Notes under the pieces: model-generated | Told to the model about the DNA's origin: nothing | What the model saw: the letters and a program-made list of their open reading frames with translations, nothing else | Databases searched by the model: none | Part shown: one piece after another, positions 54,992-63,480 of the stretch | Layout of the letters: each line of letters starts with the position of its first letter | Position numbering within the stretch: position 1 is the stretch's first letter | DNA from: an uncultured Candidatus Saccharibacteria bacterium | Lineage (GTDB): Bacteria; Patescibacteriota; Saccharimonadia; Saccharimonadales; JAGQNJ01 | Direction: 5' to 3' | DNA length: 64,000 nucleotides | NCBI GenBank assembly: GCA_964577565.1 | Contig: CAZNZL010000001.1 | Coordinates: 334,566-398,565 of the forward strand | Translations under genes and position numbers: made by a program

Positions 54992-55738
54992 ATGACCACT
55001 ATGACTCGAGAGCAAGCTCTCGAAGCCATCATCTGGAGCGCGGATGGCCTAACGCCGTCCGAGCTCTATGCAGTGCTGGACTTGATGCCAGACCTTCGGC
55101 GCGTCAAGCTCGATCGGCTGTTCGTGCGGAAGTACGGTGATGAGCCCATCGTGCACCTCACCGAGCGTGGCTACGACGTCTTCAACGACGCCAAGCTCAC
55201 CGAGGTGACCAGCAAGCTCATCGAGCTGGCAGAAGTCGAACTCGCAACCGATCCCTGGATGCTCAACTGCATGGCCGGTTCAACATCGACCGGCAAGCTG
55301 GAGCATCCCACTCCGCAGAAGGTCGACGCTCTCAAGCAGTTCGCCGATCTGTGCCACGAGACGGGAACGCTGCCGTGTGGCGTGACCGTCCTCACCACCA
55401 AGGAAGACGAGCACGTCGAAGGCGAGTTCAACGGACGACCGCCCATCGACCAGGTGCTGTGGTACGCCGATCTGATGATCAAGTGCGGCTTCACCGACAT
55501 GGTGTGTTCGCCCCAAGAAGCGCAGGCCATCGTCGACGAGTTCGGCTCCGCCATCAGCACCAACACTCCGGGCATCCGCCTGCCGGATTCACCGCCTGAC
55601 GACCAGGCGCGAACCAAGACGCCCGGCGAGGCGATCAAAGCCGGAGCAACCCGGCTCGTCATCGGTCGCCCCATCAGCAAGGGCAACCCAGCCGAGAACA
55701 TCGAGAAAATCGTCGCCGACATCCTGTCTGCGGCCTGA
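54992..55738 (+). CDS. orotidine-5'-phosphate decarboxylase-like protein
   Basis: GGAGG lies 4 nt before the ATG. IIWSAD, RVKLD, FNDAKLTEV (DxK), VTVLTT, MVCSPQEA, TPGIR, DQARTKTP and VIGRPI align to the PyrF landmarks. Confidence 0.75.
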   Translation: MTTMTREQALEAIIWSADGLTPSELYAVLDLMPDLRRVKLDRLFVRKYGDEPIVHLTERGYDVFNDAKLTEVTSKLIELAEVELATDPWMLNCMAGSTSTGKLEHPTPQKVDALKQFADLCHETGTLPCGVTVLTTKEDEHVEGEFNGRPPIDQVLWYADLMIKCGFTDMVCSPQEAQAIVDEFGSAISTNTPGIRLPDSPPDDQARTKTPGEAIKAGATRLVIGRPISKGNPAENIEKIVADILSAA

Positions 55739-55753
55739 CAACAAGGAGACCAA

Positions 55754-56422
55754 TTGTCACTCGACATTGCAAGTAGGCTCGAGGAGGCGGGTGCCGTCTA
55801 CACAGACAAGCACTTTGTCTACAAGAGCAAGAAGCACGGCAACGGCTACATCAACCCGGACCCGCTGTTCCCTGACATCGAGCTACTGTGGCAGCTCGGC
55901 GTGGAACTGTGGGGACCGTTCGCTGGCCGCTTCGACACGGTGGCTACCCCGGCAACGGGCGGCATCGCTTTGGCGTACGCCACGGCCTACACCCTCCGCT
56001 ACGAAGTGGATGTCGGCTCTGGCGGTCCCGCCACGGCGGTCGTCTGGGCTGACAAGGACGGAGACGACTTCGTCTTCGAGCGTGCCGGCTTCCTCGACCA
56101 GATCCGCGGCAAGCAGGTACTCGTCGTCGAGGATCTGCTCACAACCGGAGGTTCCGTCGCCAAGGTGGTCCACGAAGTGGAACGCAACGGCGGTGAGGTC
56201 ATCGGCGTCAGTGCGGTCTGCAACCGGGGCGGTGTCACAGCTGATGATCTCGGCGTCCACCAACTCGAGAGCCTCATGGCCGTCAGCTTCGAAGCGATAC
56301 CGCGTGAAGACTGTCCGCTGTGTGCCGACCAGGTCCCCATCGTCGAGGACATCGGACACGGCAGCGACTTCAAGTCCGAGAACCCCAACTACGAAGGAGG
56401 TTACATCAAGCTGCTGTCCTGA
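55754..56422 (+). CDS. orotate phosphoribosyltransferase-like type I PRTase
   Basis: AAGGAG precedes the TTG start. PRPP loop VLVVEDLLTTGGSV. The gene is adjacent to the pyrF-like gene. Confidence 0.7.
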   Translation: MSLDIASRLEEAGAVYTDKHFVYKSKKHGNGYINPDPLFPDIELLWQLGVELWGPFAGRFDTVATPATGGIALAYATAYTLRYEVDVGSGGPATAVVWADKDGDDFVFERAGFLDQIRGKQVLVVEDLLTTGGSVAKVVHEVERNGGEVIGVSAVCNRGGVTADDLGVHQLESLMAVSFEAIPREDCPLCADQVPIVEDIGHGSDFKSENPNYEGGYIKLLS

Positions 56423-56509
56423 AGAAGGCCATCAACACTCGTCCATTCATAGGGTCGCCGGTCCCCTATTTCCGAAAGGAGAAAATAGACCGGCACTACC
56501 AAGCAACTT

Positions 56510-56550
56510 TACTTAACATGTTAACTATTAACTTGTTAAGTATTTATACT
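56510..56550. repeat. 41-nt palindromic element, second copy
   Basis: tacttaacatgttaactattaacttgttaagtatttatact differs from 27584-27624 at 3 positions. Confidence 0.85.
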
Positions 56551-56711
56551 TTCGTGGCAAGGTGCCACAAATGGCAATATTTGCACTTATAACTATTTAG
56601 TTTTACGTTGCGCTGATGCTCAGCCACCAACGCAGCGGCATTCGCCTGCTCTTTAGTATCAAACGCTAACTTCTCTGAACACGGCAAGGTTTCTTCTTCC
56701 ATAAGTATCAT
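56544..56711 (-). CDS. 55-aa zinc-ribbon-like protein (not in ORF track)
   Basis: MILMEEETLPCSEKLAFDTKEQANAAALVAEHQRNVKLNSYKCKYCHLWHLATKV, with a C..(31)..CxxCxxWH pattern. Confidence 0.5.
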   Translation of the reverse strand: MILMEEETLPCSEKLAFDTKEQANAAALVAEHQRNVKLNSYKCKYCHLWHLATKV

Positions 56712-56918
56712 GGTAACATCTCTCTCATTGAATACTTTTTCGCTCGCTTGCTAACGCAAGCTATCCAGCGACCCACTTTTCTCAGTAGCAAGAAATAAGT
56801 CATCACTGCCCGCTGACACGGGCGGGATGAAAGAATTATGAGAATATCAGGGAGTAGGGTGCGTGTCGTTGGGTGATTTTAAAACCATAACTTAACAGAG
56901 ATGGCGTCTTGGTAAAGG

Positions 56919-57215
56919 TTAAGTTTCGAGTTTGGTGCCGGTTTTTTGAGCGATTTGATGCACCCAGCGGTCCAGTCGGGCAATTTGAGCATCCCGCGCC
57001 ACGCTATCGGTCTCAATATCATCAAGACGTTTTACAAACCCGTCAATCGTGTTGGTTAGCCTGTCTATACTTTGCCTAATGTCAGCAGTGTCAGTCCTGA
57101 CATCTTGAAATTCGTTATGAACATTTTGTGCAAAATTAGCCATAACGTCCGAAATATCTGTAACGGCTTTATCTACAATCTTTTGAACATCGTCTTTGGT
57201 TGCAACGTCTGCCAT
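56919..57215 (-). CDS. coiled-coil protein, unknown
   Basis: 98 aa, Asp/Ile/Gln-rich heptads. Confidence 0.55.
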   Translation of the reverse strand: MADVATKDDVQKIVDKAVTDISDVMANFAQNVHNEFQDVRTDTADIRQSIDRLTNTIDGFVKRLDDIETDSVARDAQIARLDRWVHQIAQKTGTKLET

Positions 57216-57343
57216 AGTGACTATATTTTATCACTCAGCACAACTCGTCACGCTGTATTACCCACAACATCTAGTTCAGACGAGAACTGGGTCAGATATA
57301 GCCCAGCCCCTCCTGGCTCCTGATGGATGCCTTGATGTGGCTT

Positions 57344-57478
57344 GGTTTGAACAAGGTCCTGTCAGCGTCAAAATAACAATACAAGTGAATGACTTGCCCG
57401 GCGTATAGCCGGGTGACTCGTTTACGATCATTGTCATGAACATTGTTATTTTGACAAGCTGATAGCAAGGTTCAAACC
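57344..57478. ncRNA. long imperfect hairpin, candidate structured RNA or MITE-like element; strand unknown
   Basis: Outer arms ggtttgaac (57344-52) / gttcaaacc (57470-78). A perfect 14-bp inner stem gtcaaaataacaat (57367-80) / attgttattttgac (57442-55) encloses the gcccggc-gtata-gccgggt hairpin. Confidence 0.35.
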
Positions 57479-57661
57479 ATTGCCACGAGGGGTTTTGCCT
57501 CCTTTTGACCCAGATGCAAAAGGAGGTCGCCTACAGCTCACGGAGTGAGCGGGCGAAAGAATAAGTATTCACAAAACTTGTCCGGCCGGACACAAAATGA
57601 GAATAATTATTACCGAGACAAAAGATAACAAGGATATTCGAGTTCTTTGCAGAAAGAACGT

Positions 57662-57982
57662 TTAACTAGCCAATTCTTCTACCAAATGGTCTATGGTTGT
57701 TTTGTATAGATGCTTTTGGCGGCTTGTTAGCCCTAAAACTTCGCCACCATACACCCGTATTCCGCCTAAACCGTCCGGGTTATAAACTCTCTCGATGTCC
57801 CCGCATTCTTGCCGTACCGCACAACCCGCACAGACACGCAAGGCAGCGTTCATTTGTTCTTGGTTGTCTGCTGTTTTACCCCTCCCTACTTCTAAAGTGG
57901 GATGAAATATATTAGGATCCATGCCTGCACAGGCATTTACAGCCAATTCTATGCTGATTTTCTCCTCTGCTTCAACGGCCAT
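57662..57982 (-). CDS. WhiB-like (Wbl-like) Cys4 protein, divergent
   Basis: NACAG...(32 aa)...CAGCAVRQEC...GIRVYGG: the CxxCx5C core and a GxxxxGG turn, with a longer first spacer than in canonical Wbl. Confidence 0.6.
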   Translation of the reverse strand: MAVEAEEKISIELAVNACAGMDPNIFHPTLEVGRGKTADNQEQMNAALRVCAGCAVRQECGDIERVYNPDGLGGIRVYGGEVLGLTSRQKHLYKTTIDHLVEELAS

Positions 57983-58005
57983 AGTTTGGATTATCTAACT
58001 GTTTG

Positions 58006-59274
58006 TTACGGTGTGTCAATATAATCCTGGCAGAGGCGTTCAAACACGGCATTGGTCCAGCCAAAGCCCGTTTGTGAAGGGTACACCCCTTTAGCGGGTG
58101 GCTTTTCTGGGTCTACCACGTTGTACTTCTCTAAGAAAATGCCGTGCTTATTAAACCAGTCAAGGTTGTTTTTGAGCCACTTGAAGGCAATCCGCTTAGC
58201 ATCTTCATGGTAACCGTAGCGCTCAAGCCCCTGAATCACAATTAAGTGCAGTGGCGCCCAGCCATTTGGGTGCGCCCATTGCATTGGAAAACTACCAGGC
58301 ATAATTGAGTTAATAGGAATCGTTTGCGGCTCGGTAGTAGCCAGCCCGCCTTTTTGCTCGAACTTACGCAAGTTTTTTACCAGTTTAGCGGCTTTTTGAT
58401 CATCTACCATGCCTGCCCACATAGGGTAAAAGCCGGCCAACGAGCTGACATTACCGCGTTTTTCTTTGGTGTAGTCATAGTCATAGTAAAAATCACGCAT
58501 TTCGTTCCACATCAGTGCATCCATGGTGTTTTTACGAATCTGGGCCTGTTTGAGCCACTTTTTGGCAACCGTCAAATCGCCCCGTAGTTGCGCCGCGCGG
58601 GCAAAATCTGCCTCGTACTTGTAGAGCAAGGCATTTAAATCAACCGGCAAATAATTGAGCGCTTTGCGCCCAAAGCGCGGCGTCATATCCCAGCCACTCT
58701 CTGTCTCGGCAATGTCGTGCAGATAGTTAAAGTCGTAGTAACGGCTTAAGCCGGCATACACTTGGCGCGCATTAGGCTTACGGGTGCCCATCCATACCGT
58801 ATGGTACTCTTCTTCTGCTACCTTAATGGCATCGGTCAGCCACTTGACATCTAGTTTATACGCCTCAAACAAATCAAAAATAAAGCTGGTTAAAAACGGT
58901 GGCTGCGAGCGGCTAGTGAGGTACAACCGCGAGGCGTTTGGAATAATCTTAAAACGCTTTTGCAGATAAAATAAATCTTCGAGGATGCCCATTACTAAGG
59001 CTTTGTGGCGGTCATCAAGCATGCCCTGCACCATGAAGTAACTGTCCCAGTAATAGAGCTCGTTATAGTCAAACTCGTGGCCTTCCTCGTATGAGGGCAC
59101 TAAAAATGGCTTTGGCAACCCAACCAAGCTTTCGTCGTCTTTGGGGTGAAAACGCTCGAGCTGTTTCCAGTAGGCTTCTATGTACTCACGAGCTTTTTTT
59201 ACATCGTGAGCAGTTAGTTCGTACCCAGGCGAACCAAGCAGCACTCGAAGCAGTTTTTTTGAAGTATTAAACAT
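58006..59274 (-). CDS. alpha,alpha-trehalase (GH37)
   Basis: YNELYYWDSYF and MQWAHPNGWAPLH match the two GH37 signature regions (..YxWDxY / QWDxPxGWAPL). Confidence 0.75.
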   Translation of the reverse strand: MFNTSKKLLRVLLGSPGYELTAHDVKKAREYIEAYWKQLERFHPKDDESLVGLPKPFLVPSYEEGHEFDYNELYYWDSYFMVQGMLDDRHKALVMGILEDLFYLQKRFKIIPNASRLYLTSRSQPPFLTSFIFDLFEAYKLDVKWLTDAIKVAEEEYHTVWMGTRKPNARQVYAGLSRYYDFNYLHDIAETESGWDMTPRFGRKALNYLPVDLNALLYKYEADFARAAQLRGDLTVAKKWLKQAQIRKNTMDALMWNEMRDFYYDYDYTKEKRGNVSSLAGFYPMWAGMVDDQKAAKLVKNLRKFEQKGGLATTEPQTIPINSIMPGSFPMQWAHPNGWAPLHLIVIQGLERYGYHEDAKRIAFKWLKNNLDWFNKHGIFLEKYNVVDPEKPPAKGVYPSQTGFGWTNAVFERLCQDYIDTP

Positions 59275-59369
59275 AACTGCTATCAGTGTATGTCTTCTCT
59301 GATGGGCTTACAAGATTAAAATTGAAATATTTCGCATTAAATGTTCTAAGCCGCATGGCAGTACCAAAA

Positions 59370-61361
59370 TTATAGTTGATGACGACGCAGCAACTGAGCG
59401 TTTATGGCCACAATAATGGTCGAGAGCGACATAAGAGCGGCCCCTACCGCTGGCGACAACACAAAGCCCCTAAACGCCAATACCCCAGCCGCAAGTGGAA
59501 TGGCAACGACATTATAACCGGTTGCCCACACAAGGTTTTGTTGCATTTTACGGTACGAAGCTTTTGATAAGTTAATAACCTTTACAACGCCGGTTGGATC
59601 ATTGCCCGCCAGCACAATGCCAGCCGACTCAATCGCAACATCGGTGCCAGCACCTATAGCTATGCCAACGTCTGCTTGCGCCAAAACTGGCGCGTCATTA
59701 ACGCCATCACCAACAAACGCCACCGTTTTGCCCGCCGCCTGTAACTTTCTTACCACGTCTACTTTATGCGGTGGCAACGCTTCTGCATGATATTCATCAA
59801 CTTCAAGCTCTTTCGCAACCCACTGAGCAACACCCTTGGAGTCTCCGGTAACTATTGCTACCGCCTTGCCCAGCCGCTGCAACTGCTTAACCGCAACCTT
59901 GGATGCGGGACGAATGCGATCTGCAATTACCATTGCACCAAGCAGCTTATTTGACGCAAAAACATACACAATGGTTTGGCCATTTTTAGCTGCTTGTTTA
60001 GTAAGAGCCACTTGATCTTCATTAAGTGCCGCGCCTTGCTCAGTCAATAACCGCGGGCCCCCAACATAGTAGGTGGTGTCTCCTATGCGCGCTTTAGCCC
60101 CGCGACCCTCAAGTGCACTAAAGTTTTTTGCCTTTTTAGGCGTAACACGCAGGGCTTTTGCCTTGGCAATGATGGCCCTGGCAATCGGGTGCTCAGAGTC
60201 ATGCTCTACGCCGGCAGCAATCGACAACAGCTCGTTTTTATTTTCTGCAACAATATCTACCACGCCCTGTTCGCCAGTAGTAAGCGTGCCTGTTTTGTCA
60301 AAAAGCACCACATCAACCTCGCGGGCAACCTCTAAAGAACTCCGTTGTCGTACCAAAATACCTGCAACAGCCGCCTTACTAATAGATATTGCGGTTACTA
60401 ATGGTATAGCCAGACCAAGCGCGTGCGGGCATGCAATAATCAGCACGGCAACAGCACGCTCTAAAATAAACTCACTCGACTGGCCAGACAACGACCAGCC
60501 AACCACCGTAATACTAGCCGTGGCAAGCGCCACATAAAACAAATATGCTGCTGCCCTGTCTGCAATGAGCTGAGCGTTAGTTTTGCTTGATTGTGCCTCT
60601 AGTACCAGCCGCATAATCCCTGCCAGCGCGGTATCCTCACCCGTCTTCTCCACCTTCATGGTAAGTGAACCGCTACCATTAACAGTGCCGGCCACAAGGT
60701 TGTCCCTATGTTGCTTAGACACTGGCTTTGCCTCGCCGGTGAGCATCGATTCATTCACGGTTGATTTGCCTGTTACTACCGTGCCATCAACCGGAATTTT
60801 TGACCCCGGTCGTACCAGTACAAGATCTCCAACCTTGAGCTGACTAACAGCAACTTGCTGAGTGCCGTTTTTAGTTATAACCTCAGCCATATCTGGTAGC
60901 AGCTTAGCAAGCTCTTGAAGTGCGTCTTGCGCACCTTTAACGGCAGACATTTCAAACCAATGACCTAAAAGCATAATCGTAACCAGGGTGGCAAGCTCCC
61001 ACCAAAAATCCATGCCATCTACGATATGCAATGTAATGAGTAGGCTGTACGTAAAAGCAACCGATATAGCAAGCGAAATGAGCGTCATCATGCCCGGCTG
61101 ACGCAATGACAACTCTGCTCGAGCCCCCTTTAAAAAGACAAGTCCACCGTAGAAGAATATTAAAACACCGAACACCGCCGGAACGTACTCGTTGCCCACA
61201 AACGAGGCGGCAGTATACCCAAGCAAATCTTGAAAGCCTGAAGAGAAATATAAAACCGGCAACGTACCTAAGAACGAAAACCAGAACTTCTTTTTAAATA
61301 CATGAGCGCTGTGTCCCTCGTGCCTGTCGTGAGCGGTATGGTGTTTTGAGACCATGTGCAT
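59370..61361 (-). CDS. copper-translocating P1B-type ATPase
   Basis: CPH in TM6 ([11 protein letters not shown]), [15 protein letters not shown], and a His-rich N-terminus ([14 protein letters not shown]) in place of an HMA domain. Confidence 0.9.
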   Translation of the reverse strand: MHMVSKHHTAHDRHEGHSAHVFKKKFWFSFLGTLPVLYFSSGFQDLLGYTAASFVGNEYVPAVFGVLIFFYGGLVFLKGARAELSLRQPGMMTLISLAISVAFTYSLLITLHIVDGMDFWWELATLVTIMLLGHWFEMSAVKGAQDALQELAKLLPDMAEVITKNGTQQVAVSQLKVGDLVLVRPGSKIPVDGTVVTGKSTVNESMLTGEAKPVSKQHRDNLVAGTVNGSGSLTMKVEKTGEDTALAGIMRLVLEAQSSKTNAQLIADRAAAYLFYVALATASITVVGWSLSGQSSEFILERAVAVLIIACPHALGLAIPLVTAISISKAAVAGILVRQRSSLEVAREVDVVLFDKTGTLTTGEQGVVDIVAENKNELLSIAAGVEHDSEHPIARAIIAKAKALRVTPKKAKNFSALEGRGAKARIGDTTYYVGGPRLLTEQGAALNEDQVALTKQAAKNGQTIVYVFASNKLLGAMVIADRIRPASKVAVKQLQRLGKAVAIVTGDSKGVAQWVAKELEVDEYHAEALPPHKVDVVRKLQAAGKTVAFVGDGVNDAPVLAQADVGIAIGAGTDVAIESAGIVLAGNDPTGVVKVINLSKASYRKMQQNLVWATGYNVVAIPLAAGVLAFRGFVLSPAVGAALMSLSTIIVAINAQLLRRHQL

Positions 61362-61363
61362 AG

Positions 61364-61639
61364 TTACCCCCTTACTTTAGTAAGCTCATATATTGCTAAA
61401 AGTTCATCAACAGCTTTTTGGGGGTTGGTACCACGGGCTATGTCATGCTGAACATGGGTTGTAATATGGTTTTCTACGATCAGTTTATTAAGGGATTTAA
61501 GCGATTGCTGCACCGCCAGGCTTTGGGTCAAAATATCCATGCAATATTTTTCTTCGTCTATCATTTTTTGCAAACCCTTTATTTGGCCCTCTAATATTTT
61601 TGACCGATGTAGTGCGCGCTTCTTTAAGTCTTTTCTCAT
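61364..61639 (-). CDS. csoR: CsoR/RcnR-family metal-sensing repressor
   Basis: [28 protein letters not shown]...H..H: the family W-X-Y-Z Cys/His pattern, directly upstream of the ATPase. Confidence 0.82.
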   Translation of the reverse strand: MRKDLKKRALHRSKILEGQIKGLQKMIDEEKYCMDILTQSLAVQQSLKSLNKLIVENHITTHVQHDIARGTNPQKAVDELLAIYELTKVRG

Positions 61640-61650
61640 AACCTAATTGT

Positions 61651-61667
61651 ATACCCCCGGGGGGTAT
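61651..61667. promoter_or_regulatory. CsoR operator candidate
   Basis: The near-palindrome atacccccggggggtat lies 12 nt upstream of the csoR start. It is the same type as known CsoR boxes (ATACC..GGGGGTAT). Confidence 0.65.
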
Positions 61668-61670
61668 TAT

Positions 61671-62348
61671 TCAAGCGATTCTATTCTCTGGTGATAGAGC
61701 GATTGCAAGATATTCAGCACTGGCAATGGCGCCTACTACAAGAGAAACTGCACCGAGTACTCGTCCTACCTGATGAATTTCTTCTTGAACCCCTTGTAGC
61801 TCGTACAAAGCATCGCCCTGCTGTGCTTCTGAGATCGCCCGTTCGACACCAAAAGCTCCAAGTGTTCCGGCCTCTAACCATGATCTGATTTTGCCGGCCG
61901 GACCCGGATTGATCTCCCGCCCCCGCGCCGTGGCGATCAGTGCCGCAGCTGAGTTGACACCATTTTGCGCTAAAAAGGCACGGCCGATATCTTTCGGCAA
62001 AATATCCTCGTCCATTAAAGTTCTACAGGCACGAAAGGCAACCACCCTGTCAACAACAGGATCAATTACTCGTCCGACACGACTTTTCGTTTTGGTTTTA
62101 TCTGCAACTGTGCCATCAACATAGTCACCTACTTTACCTGCCAAAAAGTATACGGTACCTCGCAAAGTTCGTTTGTTTTTGATATGCGAGAGACCGATTT
62201 CAGCTGCAGCGTAACCACCGAGTGTAAACGGATGAGCAGGTGCTATAACGCCATGAGTTTTAGCTGCGAGCTTTTGCACCGGCGTACGTTCGCTCGGGTC
62301 AATAGTATCCCAGTCGTTTCCGCCACCTTCTAGTCTGTGTAAATTCAT
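61671..62348 (-). CDS. CDP-alcohol phosphatidyltransferase-like membrane protein (tentative)
   Basis: DGTVADKTKTKSRVGRVIDPVVD approximates DGx2ARx8Gx3Dx3D, but with D instead of R. Confidence 0.45.
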   Translation of the reverse strand: MNLHRLEGGGNDWDTIDPSERTPVQKLAAKTHGVIAPAHPFTLGGYAAAEIGLSHIKNKRTLRGTVYFLAGKVGDYVDGTVADKTKTKSRVGRVIDPVVDRVVAFRACRTLMDEDILPKDIGRAFLAQNGVNSAAALIATARGREINPGPAGKIRSWLEAGTLGAFGVERAISEAQQGDALYELQGVQEEIHQVGRVLGAVSLVVGAIASAEYLAIALSPENRIA

Positions 62349-62398
62349 GCAAACCTAATAGTACCGACGAAGCTCGAGATTACGCAAGCATAACCTTG

Positions 62399-62427
62399 TT
62401 GTAAATCCTGCCGTTTCTTGGTATAAT
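62399..62427 (+). promoter_or_regulatory. promoter upstream of the tmRNA
   Basis: TTGTAA, a 17-nt spacer, then TGgTATAAT. It lies about 160 nt upstream of the mature tmRNA 5' end. Confidence 0.55.
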
Positions 62428-62590
62428 ATTTGAGATGGGTCCGAGAGGATTTTATCAGCTTGGTCGAACTAAGGAGACGATTCATTCGACTCGACTGTTC
62501 GAACAAGCTAGAGGAAGAGTCAAGCGAAAATGCAGTTTTTATCTTCATGAGAGATAAAACGAAATAAAGCGTCGACTCTGACGACGACGA

Positions 62591-62995
62591 GGGGCTGACT
62601 TTAAGCTCGACGTAGGACTTTATCGGTTAGATCAGCAGGTCGCGTACTAAGCGTTATATGGTAAAACTTTTTAACTGCAACAGTTAAAGAACGCGTAGCA
62701 AACGCACTGAACAGCCTTGCGGCTGCTTTTCGTGCGCCAGCTATCGCAACAGCTGTAGCTTAATTTGCTTCAGCCGTACCTAGTGTGACGCCAGATAGCT
62801 CTAGCGTGCGCCATATTTTCTGGATGCGTACTGCTTACTATCCATAGGCAGTATTAAGCCTTTAGGATTGCGAAGTTTGGTTATTTTGTCTGTTTTTCAG
62901 GCCAAGCTTCAAAGATAGCAAAAACAGACTAAACCTGTAGACGACTAACCAAGATAAACTTGCGGACGCGGGGGCAGTACCCGCCAGCTCCACCA
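62591..62995 (+). ncRNA. ssrA: tmRNA (SsrA)
   Basis: 5' GGGGCTGAC..CTCGACG and 3' GGACGCGGGGGCAGTACCCGCCAGCTCCACCA form a 7-bp acceptor stem with G3:U70. The internal tag frame is GCA AAC GCA CTG ... GCT GTA GCT TAA (ANALNSLAAAFRAPAIATAVA). Confidence 0.85.
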
Positions 62996-63122
62996 TTCTT
63001 CGCATAAAGCTACGAATGGCAGGCCATATTCACCAATATGAGTTGCCATAAGTGGCTTTTTGTAATTGAATGCGAAGAATGCCCTTCGAAGCCCTTGGCG
63101 AAGTAGGGCTATAATGTAGTGT

Positions 63123-63365
63123 ATGCATTATGTCTATGCACTACAAAGTAAGGTCAACGAAAACGAATTTTACTTTGGAAGTACCTCAGATTTAAAAGGT
63201 CGTTTGGCGAGTCATAACTCTGGGCAATCAAAGCATACGGCTAAACATAAACCCTGGAAAGTAGTCTGGTATGGATGTTTTCAAAACGCTTCTAGGGCAC
63301 GAGAATTTGAAAAGTATCTAAAAACCGCATCGGGCAAAGCTTTCTTACGCAAACGACTCCTTTAA
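63123..63365 (+). CDS. GIY-YIG nuclease family protein (small, stand-alone)
   Basis: YVYAL...EFYFGSTSDLKGRLASHN...AREFEKYLK. Confidence 0.8.
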   Translation: MHYVYALQSKVNENEFYFGSTSDLKGRLASHNSGQSKHTAKHKPWKVVWYGCFQNASRAREFEKYLKTASGKAFLRKRLL

Positions 63366-63408
63366 GAAGTAACCCTGTTTTGCTGTCTCCTCTTCTGCCA
63401 AAACCATT

Positions 63409-63430
63409 CCCGCTTTTGGCGGGCTTTTTT
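63409..63430 (+). terminator. rho-independent terminator
   Basis: cccgc-ttttg-gcggg followed by cTTTTTT. Confidence 0.7.
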
Positions 63431-63480
63431 GTTTCTTGCTCTTGCTTGGTAAATGATTTAACTACAACTAGAATATATTT

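Larger units (their letters stand above)
54985..56430 (+). other. GC-rich two-gene insert (pyrF-like plus pyrE-like)
   Basis: A hand count of line 55081 gives 60% GC. Composition changes sharply at both ends into AT-rich flanks. Confidence 0.6.

Noticed and set aside
55171-56592. Antisense and alternative-frame ORFs over the pyrF-like and pyrE-like genes (for example 55171..55767, 55767..56516, 55883..56359)
   Set aside because: This is the same GC artefact. The plus-strand frames chosen carry the enzyme motifs and Shine-Dalgarno sites.
57230-57661. Assigning this region, or the GC-rich units at 11489-11828, to RNase P RNA, SRP RNA or 6S RNA
   Set aside because: I could not find GGAAAGUCCGG / ACAGAACCCGGCUUA (RNase P) or the GGAA-tetraloop SRP domain IV motifs by eye. 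6S cannot be called from sequence alone.
62345-62548. 67-aa minus-strand ORF upstream of the tmRNA
   Set aside because: It is Ser/Leu-rich, has no RBS, and lies antisense to the tmRNA promoter and leader.
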